Virus record (IMG/VR): IMGVR_UViG_3300030099_008323
Location: 32,001-96,000 of that record
Length of the DNA: 64,000 bases
Source of the DNA: a virus
Strand: one strand, 5' to 3'
Below, piece by piece: positions 17,901 to 26,273 of this stretch (position 1 is the first letter of the stretch; the number at the start of each line of letters is the position of its first letter). The position numbers and the translations under genes were made by a program. Below the pieces are notes generated by a model. It made no database searches and was not told the DNA's origin. It was given only the letters and a program-made list of their open reading frames with translations.

Positions 17901-20627
17901 TTAGAGAGCGACCCAATTAACAGTTACCTTGCTGTCATTTCCAACAGTACCGCCAGTTTGGTTGGCTATTGTAACAACGCATGCGCCGTTTTGCACATTG
18001 GTGACAAAAGGCAAGAGTCCAGTATTAACACCAAGCGATGCACTAGCAATCGATGCCACAACTGTGTCTACTTGTCTGATTTGGTTGCTTATAAGCGTGA
18101 AGAATATTGCGGAGCCGGCTGATAAAGAACCATTGGTTGTTAATGTGACCTGGCCTTTTCTGGTATGTTGGGTGATCGAGGCTCCAGATCCTAAATCTAA
18201 GCTTCCAGTTGAAAATCCGTTGACAAATATGCCACCTGAAACATGCAAAGATCCTGTCATGACAAAACCGCCGGCACTTGAGACTGTTAGGACATCTGCT
18301 GAGCTAACCTCTAAGACAACTACGTCGTCGCCGACTGCCCTAAGAGAAGTATCCCCATCTTCATCTAAAAATATTCTTCCTTGCCCATTTAAATCAATAT
18401 CATCAACATATAATTTTTTCCAGGCCACCCCATCGCCGCCTAGGTCATCTGTGCTGTCAGAGCCTGGAAGCACATTATTGCCAGCTGGGTCAAGAATAAT
18501 ATCTCCACCAGAAGCAATCGTAAAATCTCCAGCAGCTGCATGGGTAAATGTGGTCGTATCCGCCGCGTCGTCGCCTTGGTCGGCACTGAGCGTTAGTACT
18601 GCATTACCGGCTTCAGCACCTGCTATGGTTAATCCTGAGCCAGTTATTGTTAAAGTGCCGCCGGCTGCTATTGTTGTGTCGCCACCATCAACAACAGTTA
18701 TGGTTGTTGAGTCTGCTGCATCATCACCTTGATCTCCCTTTAACGTCAAGACTGCAGCACCAGCCTCCATGGCTGTTAAAGTAATGCCAGATCCACTAAC
18801 ATGCACACTACCAGTAACACTGAGGCCTCCAGCCAGTACAAGATTATTGCCGTCGAAAGTTAAATCAGCTTCTGCGTTCATCCCATCAGTACCAGTAGCT
18901 GTTACAACTCTATTATTAACACCATTGGTCATAAAATCGCTGACATCAACCGCAATTGCATTTGTAGAAACATCGATACCTGTGCCGGCGCCAACTGTTA
19001 GTGTTACAGCACCCGAATCACCACCACCTGTAAGGCCGTTGCCGGCTGTAACACCAGTAATGTCTCCATCACCACCAGAAGAAGCGGTTAAAACAACTTG
19101 CCCAGCTGATGTAACACCCAGATAGCTTCCTGGGCCGGCAAGTGAGCCACTCTCTACAGTGTCTGTATCAAATATAAGTTTTGAGCCGCTGAGTACAAGG
19201 CCTGCAGCAGATCCTGAAATGATCATCATATCGTCAACAGAGTCTCTAAACACTATATGGCAATCTGTTGCTGTATTTGTGCCAAAGCCCAATTTTTGAT
19301 CTTCGACAACTCTAATTTCACCAGTATTTTTAACACGGAACACATAATTTCCGGCGCCATTTAAAACAAAGAAGGAGTGATCTGAGCCAGTGTTATCTTT
19401 ATCTAGCTCAACATTAAAACTTCTATCAGAGGCTAATCTAAAATTAGCTGATTCTGGACCGACAATATCGCCGCCCTGTACAGTCAAATCTCCAGAGATT
19501 GTTGCAGGAGAATCAATAAACATTGATGTGCCAGACAAGAAAATGCCTTGTGATGCAGAGATAGTTAGATTGCCACTATCAGCAACAGTAAATGTTGTGC
19601 TATCTAATACATCATCACCTTGATCAGCCTTTAAGGTCAGAACAGCAGATTGAGCTTCCCCAGCTGTTATAGTAACACCAGTGCCGCTGACATGCAAGCT
19701 TCCCGTTAGCATCAGTGCATTGCCATCAAAAAGTAAATTAGCTTCAGCGTTTTGAGCGTCGGTTCCAGTCGCTGTTACAACTCTATTATTAGCCCCATTT
19801 GCCATAAAATCGCTTACATCGACAGATATATCATCTGATCCAACGTCAATACCAGTTCCAGCTCCAACGTTCAAGGTCACTGTGCCAGTGGCTCCGCCGC
19901 CCGTAAGACCATTACCAGCTGTAACACCCTCGATATCTCCTGAGCCGCCGCCAGAGGATGCTGTTAAAACTATTTGACCTGTGGCTGTAACGCCTAAATA
20001 GCTGCCCGGACCTGCAATAGATCCGCTAGCCACGCTGCCAGGATCAACTACAATTTTTGAACCACTTAATACCAAGCCGGCTGAGGATCCGGATATAGTC
20101 AAGAAATCATCGATAGACTCTCTGTAATGAATAAAAGAATCATCTGCGTTTCCAAAATAAATTTTCTTGTCATCGCCAACATGCATATTGCCAGTCAGGA
20201 GAACACTACTATTGTTGTAATTAAAGGTAAAATTATTTGAGCCGCTATGCTGGGAGCCAGTTGCAAAAATAATATGTTTATCGTTAGCAACACCCATGTG
20301 AAAAACTGATTCACTAAGATCGCCTATGACAACTGATGCCATAGTGTCTAAAAATGACAATCTTATCCATGCTGACCCACTGTACACACACCAATCATTT
20401 GCAGTCCAGCTGCTGGTACCATTAATATTAGTGTTACCTGCAGTTGATACTTGCCAATAATCTCCTGCAGCTGCTGTTAAGTTAGTACTAGAGTGGTAGC
20501 CATTACTGGTTAGAAGAGTGCCATATTTTGTAGTGCCATTGCTAGCAGTACCGTCATTGCGCGCTGCGTCCCAATTACCTTGGTACCTTGCTGCGCCTAT
20601 AAATGCTAAACTTCCCGTTGCCGGCAT
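17901..20627 (-). CDS. Fibre-like virion protein with internal duplication
   Basis: 908 aa, Gly/Thr/Ser-rich; N-terminal YQGNWDA...GDYWQVSTAG...W..NDW...GSAW module; duplicated GDI.GVTAGNGLTGGG and NNRVVTATGTD..NAEA.L.FDGN segments typical of phage fibres. Confidence 0.75.
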   Translation of the reverse strand: MPATGSLAFIGAARYQGNWDAARNDGTASNGTTKYGTLLTSNGYHSSTNLTAAAGDYWQVSTAGNTNINGTSSWTANDWCVYSGSAWIRLSFLDTMASVVIGDLSESVFHMGVANDKHIIFATGSQHSGSNNFTFNYNNSSVLLTGNMHVGDDKKIYFGNADDSFIHYRESIDDFLTISGSSAGLVLSGSKIVVDPGSVASGSIAGPGSYLGVTATGQIVLTASSGGGSGDIEGVTAGNGLTGGGATGTVTLNVGAGTGIDVGSDDISVDVSDFMANGANNRVVTATGTDAQNAEANLLFDGNALMLTGSLHVSGTGVTITAGEAQSAVLTLKADQGDDVLDSTTFTVADSGNLTISASQGIFLSGTSMFIDSPATISGDLTVQGGDIVGPESANFRLASDRSFNVELDKDNTGSDHSFFVLNGAGNYVFRVKNTGEIRVVEDQKLGFGTNTATDCHIVFRDSVDDMMIISGSAAGLVLSGSKLIFDTDTVESGSLAGPGSYLGVTSAGQVVLTASSGGDGDITGVTAGNGLTGGGDSGAVTLTVGAGTGIDVSTNAIAVDVSDFMTNGVNNRVVTATGTDGMNAEADLTFDGNNLVLAGGLSVTGSVHVSGSGITLTAMEAGAAVLTLKGDQGDDAADSTTITVVDGGDTTIAAGGTLTITGSGLTIAGAEAGNAVLTLSADQGDDAADTTTFTHAAAGDFTIASGGDIILDPAGNNVLPGSDSTDDLGGDGVAWKKLYVDDIDLNGQGRIFLDEDGDTSLRAVGDDVVVLEVSSADVLTVSSAGGFVMTGSLHVSGGIFVNGFSTGSLDLGSGASITQHTRKGQVTLTTNGSLSAGSAIFFTLISNQIRQVDTVVASIASASLGVNTGLLPFVTNVQNGACVVTIANQTGGTVGNDSKVTVNWVAL

Positions 20628-20640
20628 ACTTCATCCTCTT

Positions 20641-21114
20641 TTATTCAGTTATTCCGGATCCAGTTAAATGTGGCATTCTTCTTTTTGGAATATTTGTTAA
20701 CTCTGCTAGCACCTGATATCTTAAATTATTTGTACCACTAGTATTAGAAATATATAGTTTTGTAAATTTTGCAGTCAACTCTAAGCTAGTGTTTTGCGGT
20801 ACAGACATAAAATGAAGGCCTTCAAGCACATCACAGCCTGCAGTAATCGTCTGAGCGCCTGCCTCGCCAGGAACGGTCACAGCTGTTGCAGAGCCACTTT
20901 GAAAGTGCACTTGTATGTTTTTATTATCAGTACTGACATTGACAACTCTAACTTTTTTTGCCACATACGGCACTTCGACCATGTGAACTTTTCCGTTATC
21001 TAAGTTCAGCGAGCCAGTTATAAATGGATATCCCGCTGCTTGGTAAGAGCCAACATTACTTAACCCAACACTAGGCGCTCCGGGGTATATAACATTATTA
21101 TTTGGGTCTTTCAT
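20641..21114 (-). CDS. Hypothetical virion-associated beta-rich protein
   Basis: 157-aa ORF with SD AGGAG in the head operon (VGLSNVGSYQAAGYPFITGS); no family recognised. Confidence 0.65.
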   Translation of the reverse strand: MKDPNNNVIYPGAPSVGLSNVGSYQAAGYPFITGSLNLDNGKVHMVEVPYVAKKVRVVNVSTDNKNIQVHFQSGSATAVTVPGEAGAQTITAGCDVLEGLHFMSVPQNTSLELTAKFTKLYISNTSGTNNLRYQVLAELTNIPKRRMPHLTGSGITE

Positions 21115-21123
21115 AATTTTCTC

Positions 21124-21360
21124 CTACTTTATATCTAGTTTTTGATTTCTTTCTTGTTCGGCCTTTCTTGCATTGCGTATTTTTTTAGCCTTTTCCCTGC
21201 GTTTTTTTGAAGATGGCTTTTCATAAAATCTTCTATCTAAATAGTCTTCTAATATTCTTTCTTTTTTGACCTTCTTCATAAATTTGCGTATCAATCTAGT
21301 GATATCGCCCTTCGTTTCTCTTATATGTACTGATACATTTACTGCTTTTTTATTTGACAT
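21124..21360 (-). CDS. rpsU: Phage-encoded 30S ribosomal protein bS21
   Basis: VSVHIRETKGDITRLIRKFMKKVKKERILEDYLDRRFYEKPSSKKRREK matches the bS21 signature (V.V....I...LRRFK.K.....IL.E.R.R.FYEKPS.KR). Confidence 0.85.
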   Translation of the reverse strand: MSNKKAVNVSVHIRETKGDITRLIRKFMKKVKKERILEDYLDRRFYEKPSSKKRREKAKKIRNARKAEQERNQKLDIK

Positions 21361-21369
21361 GTGAATTCT

Positions 21370-21768
21370 CTATATTAAATGCTTCCATCTACCTTTTGAC
21401 AACTTCTCAATATTTGATATATCAACTCCTGCGTCGACCGGAGATACTCCTGCCAGTGCTGAAGATGGTGAACCATCTGCTATTTGCTTTGTACCTTCAA
21501 AAACGTCGGCGCCAAGTTTAGATTTTGCAGATTCGTTTAGTCTTCTTATTCTTTCCTGTCTGTTCCTCTCATATTCTTCAGCTTTTGCTTGTTGGTCCGC
21601 GGTTGAGAGATTGCTTGCTTTGGCCTCAACAACTAAATTACCCTGCAGTCCGCGGGCGACCTCCTGAACTATACCGGATAATATACCCTCTTCTAATATA
21701 ACCTCTTTAACTGTTTGCTTAATTAGCGGCTTAAGTATTTTTTTAAAATCAGAAGTTTTCATTCTCAC
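21370..21768 (-). CDS. Hypothetical head-associated protein
   Basis: 132 aa between protease and bS21; N-terminal FKKILKPLIKQTVKEVILEEG helix. Confidence 0.65.
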   Translation of the reverse strand: MRMKTSDFKKILKPLIKQTVKEVILEEGILSGIVQEVARGLQGNLVVEAKASNLSTADQQAKAEEYERNRQERIRRLNESAKSKLGADVFEGTKQIADGSPSSALAGVSPVDAGVDISNIEKLSKGRWKHLI

Positions 21769-22396
21769 CTCGTGTTAATATTTTCTCAAATAAGTTATCT
21801 AAATCACTATTTTTTGATTCATTTATATATAAATTAATTTTATTATCCATTTGTGTGTTAGCACTTAATGTTTTGTCTAAGTAAGCGCCAGGTGTTGATG
21901 GCTCCGACACAATGTCAAAGCAAATTAATTGAAAGTCGTCCTCAACAATCGTTTTACCTTTTTCTTGTTTTACAGAACCTAGGCCTCTAGAGGATATTCC
22001 TAATTTAACATTTGCTTTTACAAGATCTTTTAAGATCTGTCCAGATGGCGTATCTAAAACCTCAATTTTTCCCATCACATCATTGCCCTGCCACCATGTC
22101 TTAGTAACAAGGTGCGAAGCATTTTTGAGATTGATAACAGAATCATCAGGATGGTCTAGTTCACCTAAAGATCTACGCTCACTAATTGATTTTTGATAAT
22201 TAGCGACTTCTCTCTCTAGAGTTTCTTTTCGATAAACACGACCATTGCCGTTTTTTGTACCGGCTTTTTGAATGATGCCAACAAGATAGACTGCTCCGTC
22301 CATAACATTTCTCTTTTCTGATTCGTTAAGAGCATGCACGGGACATCTACCTTCAGGGCATAGTTCAAAATATTCCTGAAGAAGCTGTTTACTCAT
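21749..22396 (-). CDS. gp21: Prohead core protease (gp21-like)
   Basis: GIIQKAGTKNGNGRVY...SLGELDHP...LGISSRGLGSV...FDIVSEPSTPGAY with the catalytic His/Ser motifs. Confidence 0.93.
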   Translation of the reverse strand: MSKQLLQEYFELCPEGRCPVHALNESEKRNVMDGAVYLVGIIQKAGTKNGNGRVYRKETLEREVANYQKSISERRSLGELDHPDDSVINLKNASHLVTKTWWQGNDVMGKIEVLDTPSGQILKDLVKANVKLGISSRGLGSVKQEKGKTIVEDDFQLICFDIVSEPSTPGAYLDKTLSANTQMDNKINLYINESKNSDLDNLFEKILTRGENENF

Positions 22397-22401
22397 ATTA
22401 T

Positions 22402-22536
22402 TTACTTACCCTTTTTACCAGATTTAGCTTTTGCAGGCTTTCCAAAATTGCCTGGTGTTTTTGGGCATTGATTTTCTACCTTACCTTTAACACCAAAAGT
22501 GCCTGTGCCTGGTCCGTGTCCTTTTGTACCTTTCAT
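22402..22536 (-). CDS. Small basic Gly/Lys-rich peptide (44 aa)
   Basis: Not in track; MKGTKGHGPGTGTFGVKGKVENQCPKTPGNFGKPAKAKSGKKGK*; AAGGA SD about 10 nt upstream; fills the gap before the protease. Confidence 0.6.
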   Translation of the reverse strand: MKGTKGHGPGTGTFGVKGKVENQCPKTPGNFGKPAKAKSGKKGK

Positions 22537-22552
22537 AGTTTTTTTTCCTTAT

Positions 22553-22580
22553 AAAAATTAATGCAGGGCTCACCCCTGCA
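22553..22580 (-). terminator. Putative intrinsic terminator / hairpin
   Basis: TGCAGGG-GTGAG-CCCTGCA (7-bp stem) followed by TTAATTTTT on the minus strand. Confidence 0.55.
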
Positions 22581-22635
22581 CGTAATAGCTACCATTACAA
22601 CAACGTCTAACTTCTGGCTTGTTTTGCCGTTTCAT
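22570..22635 (-). CDS. Possible 21-aa micropeptide coupled to the DUF1360-like gene
   Basis: ATGA overlap with upstream stop, preceded by GGAGG; MKRQNKPEVRRCCNGSYYVQG*. Confidence 0.4.
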   Translation of the reverse strand: MKRQNKPEVRRCCNGSYYVQG

Positions 22636-22946
22636 TGTTCATCACCTCCTTTTGTATTTCTAAATTTTAAACCAAAATCGTCCAATATTGAGCTTAAGAA
22701 ATAACTTGTCCCAGCGGATAAGCACCCTAGAAGCAAGCCGTTTATCAAGTTGTAATCATAAGTAAATAGTTCTGTAAAACAATTGATACTCCACAAAAAA
22801 ACGCCTGCCCAAAACCCTGTACAAAGAGGACAGTGAAAAAGCTCTCCTAGTTTGCCATTTATTGGCCTTATGGGGTTAAATATCGAGCCGTAAACTAGGA
22901 TATACGTCAAGCCATAGGCACACAAAACAAAATATAAAAGTTCCAC
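22632..22946 (-). CDS. DUF1360-like membrane protein
   Basis: Hydrophobic helices with LGELFHCPLCTGFW (CxxC...W) motif; GTG start with AGGTG SD. Confidence 0.65.
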   Translation of the reverse strand: MELLYFVLCAYGLTYILVYGSIFNPIRPINGKLGELFHCPLCTGFWAGVFLWSINCFTELFTYDYNLINGLLLGCLSAGTSYFLSSILDDFGLKFRNTKGGDEQ

Positions 22947-22953
22947 ATATCAC

Positions 22954-23481
22954 CTATAATCTGTATATAGCCCCGATTCCGTAATTTAACTTAGCTGGAC
23001 GCAGAGATCCTTTTTCTGGGGCATGCCGGTCTGCGTCAAACTCACTATACTCATCAGGCTCTGGCTCAAGAAGATTTTTTTCAACTTCCTGCTCATATTC
23101 TTGTTGATCTTTATAAAAAGGCAATTCTTCTTCAATAAATTGAGCAATTGCATATAATAGCAATTGAATTTTGTCACCGTCCTGAGCATCTGGAATAGCA
23201 GCTTCCGAAGACATGAACAAATCTCCACCCTGAAAAGTTCCAAAATCAACAACGCCTCTACCACATAAATTTTTGTAAAGCCTCTTTTGTGTATCATATA
23301 TTTCATCATCCATCTCGGATTTAGGTATCATGACTAATTTACTTTTTTTAGATAAAACCATGATATCTATTTCAGGATGATCTGAAATAATTATGTTACC
23401 ATCTATTGTCTTTTTAGCCTTCAATAATATTTTTTCTATTATTTTACCAGGCGTTAATTGAATTTTAATTTTATATGACAT
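22954..23481 (-). CDS. Hypothetical protein (head morphogenesis region)
   Basis: About 175 aa with acidic C-terminus; ATG 23481 preferred to the track start 23502. Confidence 0.65.
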   Translation of the reverse strand: MSYKIKIQLTPGKIIEKILLKAKKTIDGNIIISDHPEIDIMVLSKKSKLVMIPKSEMDDEIYDTQKRLYKNLCGRGVVDFGTFQGGDLFMSSEAAIPDAQDGDKIQLLLYAIAQFIEEELPFYKDQQEYEQEVEKNLLEPEPDEYSEFDADRHAPEKGSLRPAKLNYGIGAIYRL

Positions 23482-24283
23482 TTCTTTGTAACTCTTTAAC
23501 AACTGATTGAATTCTAAATATATCGAATATTAGACTTTCATCCAGCTTTCTCTCTCTGTAAGTTTCTATTTTTTCTAATACTTTTTGAATTTTGCTTGAT
23601 GTGTTGTCATCATAAGAATTTTTGTTTTCTGACAAAAAAGATTTTATATTGTCCATCTGCTCATATAGATAAGCCTTAAACTCTAAGTTGTTTTCATCTG
23701 TAGAGTTAACATAGTTAAAAACTAATCTTTTTTGGTCTTCACTCAGCACAGAAGAATATTTTTCATTAAATTTTTCAACAAAATTTTTCATCGCCAGGTT
23801 GTTAACTTTTGGAAACTTATTGTTTTCTTTTTTAATATCCACATACGATGACAGAATTTTCTGTTCTAACAATACTTGCTTCTTAGGAGGATTTTTTTGC
23901 ACCAATATTTGGTTAATCGTCGCAAGGTTCTTGTAGTTTGGCACAAAGTTGTTCCACATTTTATCATCTAAATTATTAATTTCCTGTATTATACTATTTT
24001 GTATTTTAAAGATCTTCTCCCTGTTTAGAGATAAAAATTGTTTTTTTGCTTCTAAAAGAATTTTTTCTTGTAAGGGACGTTCAATATCATCCAAAGTTGC
24101 TATGGACTTATAGATCTCTAGATCTTCTTTTAATAACTTTCCTCTGGAGAAATATTTTGTAATAATCTCTACAATGCCTTGTTTTTTCTTTATATTTTCG
24201 CTCAACGAGGCTTTTGTCAGCTCTCTTATCAGGACTTCAAAAACAAAAGCTGTATTTCTTTTTTTATTATGGCTATACTTCAT
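23471..24283 (-). CDS. Hypothetical helical protein directly downstream of portal
   Basis: 270 aa, MKYSHNKKRNTAFVFEVLIREL; overlaps portal stop; possibly a prohead core component (inference). Confidence 0.7.
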   Translation of the reverse strand: MKYSHNKKRNTAFVFEVLIRELTKASLSENIKKKQGIVEIITKYFSRGKLLKEDLEIYKSIATLDDIERPLQEKILLEAKKQFLSLNREKIFKIQNSIIQEINNLDDKMWNNFVPNYKNLATINQILVQKNPPKKQVLLEQKILSSYVDIKKENNKFPKVNNLAMKNFVEKFNEKYSSVLSEDQKRLVFNYVNSTDENNLEFKAYLYEQMDNIKSFLSENKNSYDDNTSSKIQKVLEKIETYRERKLDESLIFDIFRIQSVVKELQRNVI

Positions 24284-26270
24284 CTGTGGATCTCTCCAGT
24301 GATTCTATTAATCTTTTTACTTCAGTGCTCTCAGAGAAGATATTTTTCTCTTCTTGATCATAATAATTAGAAGCTAAATCTTCTGAAAGACCTTTATAAG
24401 AAAAGCGAGTTAATTCTGCTCCAGGTAAATAAGATCTTGGGCTAGTGCCTGTGTACTGCTGTCCTCCAGAGGCTTGCGCACTTCTTTTGTAAGCACCCAA
24501 AGATCTTTTATCAGACGGCTCGCGAACATACCTTTTGCCTTTTGACCTCTCAGTTACGTATCCATCATCTCTTTTACCAGGGGGCGGAGTTGGTGCGGCA
24601 GCATCTCCACCTGGACTAGCTAAAAGAGGGCCGGCGTCGTCTGCTCCACCTGCAGCAGGCGTATCGGCTCCTGGCTCAGGAGTTTCTGGTGCTGGAGCAT
24701 CAGGAGGAGTATCTGGAGCGTCACCCGGTGCGTCTAAATCTAATCCGGCGCCGAGATTTCCACCGAGATCAGCAGCACCGCCACCGCCTCCGGCCGCAGC
24801 TGCTGCTTCAGCAACTTGCTCTAGGGCAAAATCATGCTTCCTATCGTAGAACATCTCATGTTGCATACGCTCAAACTCTTCCTCATTAACATTAAGGATG
24901 TTTTTGGCAACCCATCTTCTGCTAAAGTATCCTTCAGTAGCCTCAGCTGCGGCAGCAAATCTAGATTTCCAATGCTCTAGCTCTTGAAGCTCAGCTAATT
25001 TTGAAGGATTGTTTAGATTTAGCTTAAATGATAGCAAGTCATTGCCACGATAGCCTAAAGTAAATAAATGAATAATACAGATTTTTTCTAATTCAGAAAT
25101 AATCGATCTTTGTAGCCTCTGTACAGTTCTAGCAAAACGTATATCTTTTTGTGCTAAAGTAGATTTATCTTCGCTAGCGCCTTCACCGTTAGAGAGGTAT
25201 GCCATAGGTATCTTCAAAGCGCTAAAAAGCTTATCTCTTAAATATTTAATATCCTCAATATCACCGGTGTAGCTTCCGCCGCCCAAGCTTTCTATTTTTG
25301 TGCTGGAAGCGCCGCCTCTAACAGGTATGTAATAATCTTCCTCCACACTTAAAGGGTTATATCTTAAATCAACTCTTCCAGAGTTAACATCAACAATTTG
25401 ATTTCTTTTCATCTGTGTCATGACACGCTGCATATATTGCTCTATGTCTTCAGGTGGAATATTGCCAACATCAATATAAAATACTCTTCTTTCAGGCGAT
25501 CGAACAATTCTATAAGCCATCACTGCATCTTCTAATAATGTTAATTGGCGCCATATTCTTCGGGCAGGCTCAAGTATTGAAGTACCATATGGTGCAAACT
25601 TGTCATTACCCAAAACTCTAAAATGGCCGACTTGCCAGTTCTCTAATGTTAGGCCGGCAGTATTCCATTGGTATTGAATATAGTTTGGATTATTTTTATC
25701 TTCGCCCTCGATTCTTTCTACTTCATTTGTTGGTAACCCTATGACATTCTTGATTCCCTCATCCTCTTCAATATCAAGATATAAGAAAAAATCACCATAT
25801 TTGCACATTGAGCGGCTCCAACCATATAAATTAAACTCTATGTTAAGAACATTATGAAGAAGGGTATCTATGACAGTTTTTATTTCTTGATTGGTACACA
25901 AAATGTTAATAATTGGCCTGTAGACTGAAGAAGTGGTCATTTCATCAGCATATATATCCAATGCAGAAGCTATTTCAGGGGTATATTCCATTTGATCAAA
26001 ATCAATATATCTGTCAACCCTGCTTTGATTAGCATACATATCTGCTTGCAGTGAATCGTAAACGTCGTAAGAAGATAGTTTAAATTCTTGACCGCTGGCA
26101 GATCTAAAGCGAGTTTTATATTTATCTAGCTGTCTTCTTTTTAATCTTTTTGTATCTTGCCTTCTATACTTAACTAAAGGTCCTGAAAGGAGCTTTGTTA
26201 ACTGACGGAATAGAGGACTAGTCTCATTCCTAGGATTATGTTTTTTGCCTTTTCTATATGGTTGAACCAT
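24273..26270 (-). CDS. gp20: Portal vertex protein (T4 gp20 family) with low-complexity C-terminal extension
   Basis: PEIASALDIYADE...LEDAVMAYRIVRSPERRVFYIDVGNIP...EDYYIPVRGG..TKIESLGGG...EDIKYLRDKLFSALKIPMAYL. Confidence 0.95.
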   Translation of the reverse strand: MVQPYRKGKKHNPRNETSPLFRQLTKLLSGPLVKYRRQDTKRLKRRQLDKYKTRFRSASGQEFKLSSYDVYDSLQADMYANQSRVDRYIDFDQMEYTPEIASALDIYADEMTTSSVYRPIINILCTNQEIKTVIDTLLHNVLNIEFNLYGWSRSMCKYGDFFLYLDIEEDEGIKNVIGLPTNEVERIEGEDKNNPNYIQYQWNTAGLTLENWQVGHFRVLGNDKFAPYGTSILEPARRIWRQLTLLEDAVMAYRIVRSPERRVFYIDVGNIPPEDIEQYMQRVMTQMKRNQIVDVNSGRVDLRYNPLSVEEDYYIPVRGGASSTKIESLGGGSYTGDIEDIKYLRDKLFSALKIPMAYLSNGEGASEDKSTLAQKDIRFARTVQRLQRSIISELEKICIIHLFTLGYRGNDLLSFKLNLNNPSKLAELQELEHWKSRFAAAAEATEGYFSRRWVAKNILNVNEEEFERMQHEMFYDRKHDFALEQVAEAAAAAGGGGGAADLGGNLGAGLDLDAPGDAPDTPPDAPAPETPEPGADTPAAGGADDAGPLLASPGGDAAAPTPPPGKRDDGYVTERSKGKRYVREPSDKRSLGAYKRSAQASGGQQYTGTSPRSYLPGAELTRFSYKGLSEDLASNYYDQEEKNIFSESTEVKRLIESLERSTDEV

Positions 26271-26273
26271 TTT

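Noticed and set aside
22555-22572. UGA read-through or selenocysteine in the micro-ORF
   Set aside because: The UGA is inside the hairpin loop rather than just 5' of a SECIS-like stem, and read-through adds only three residues.
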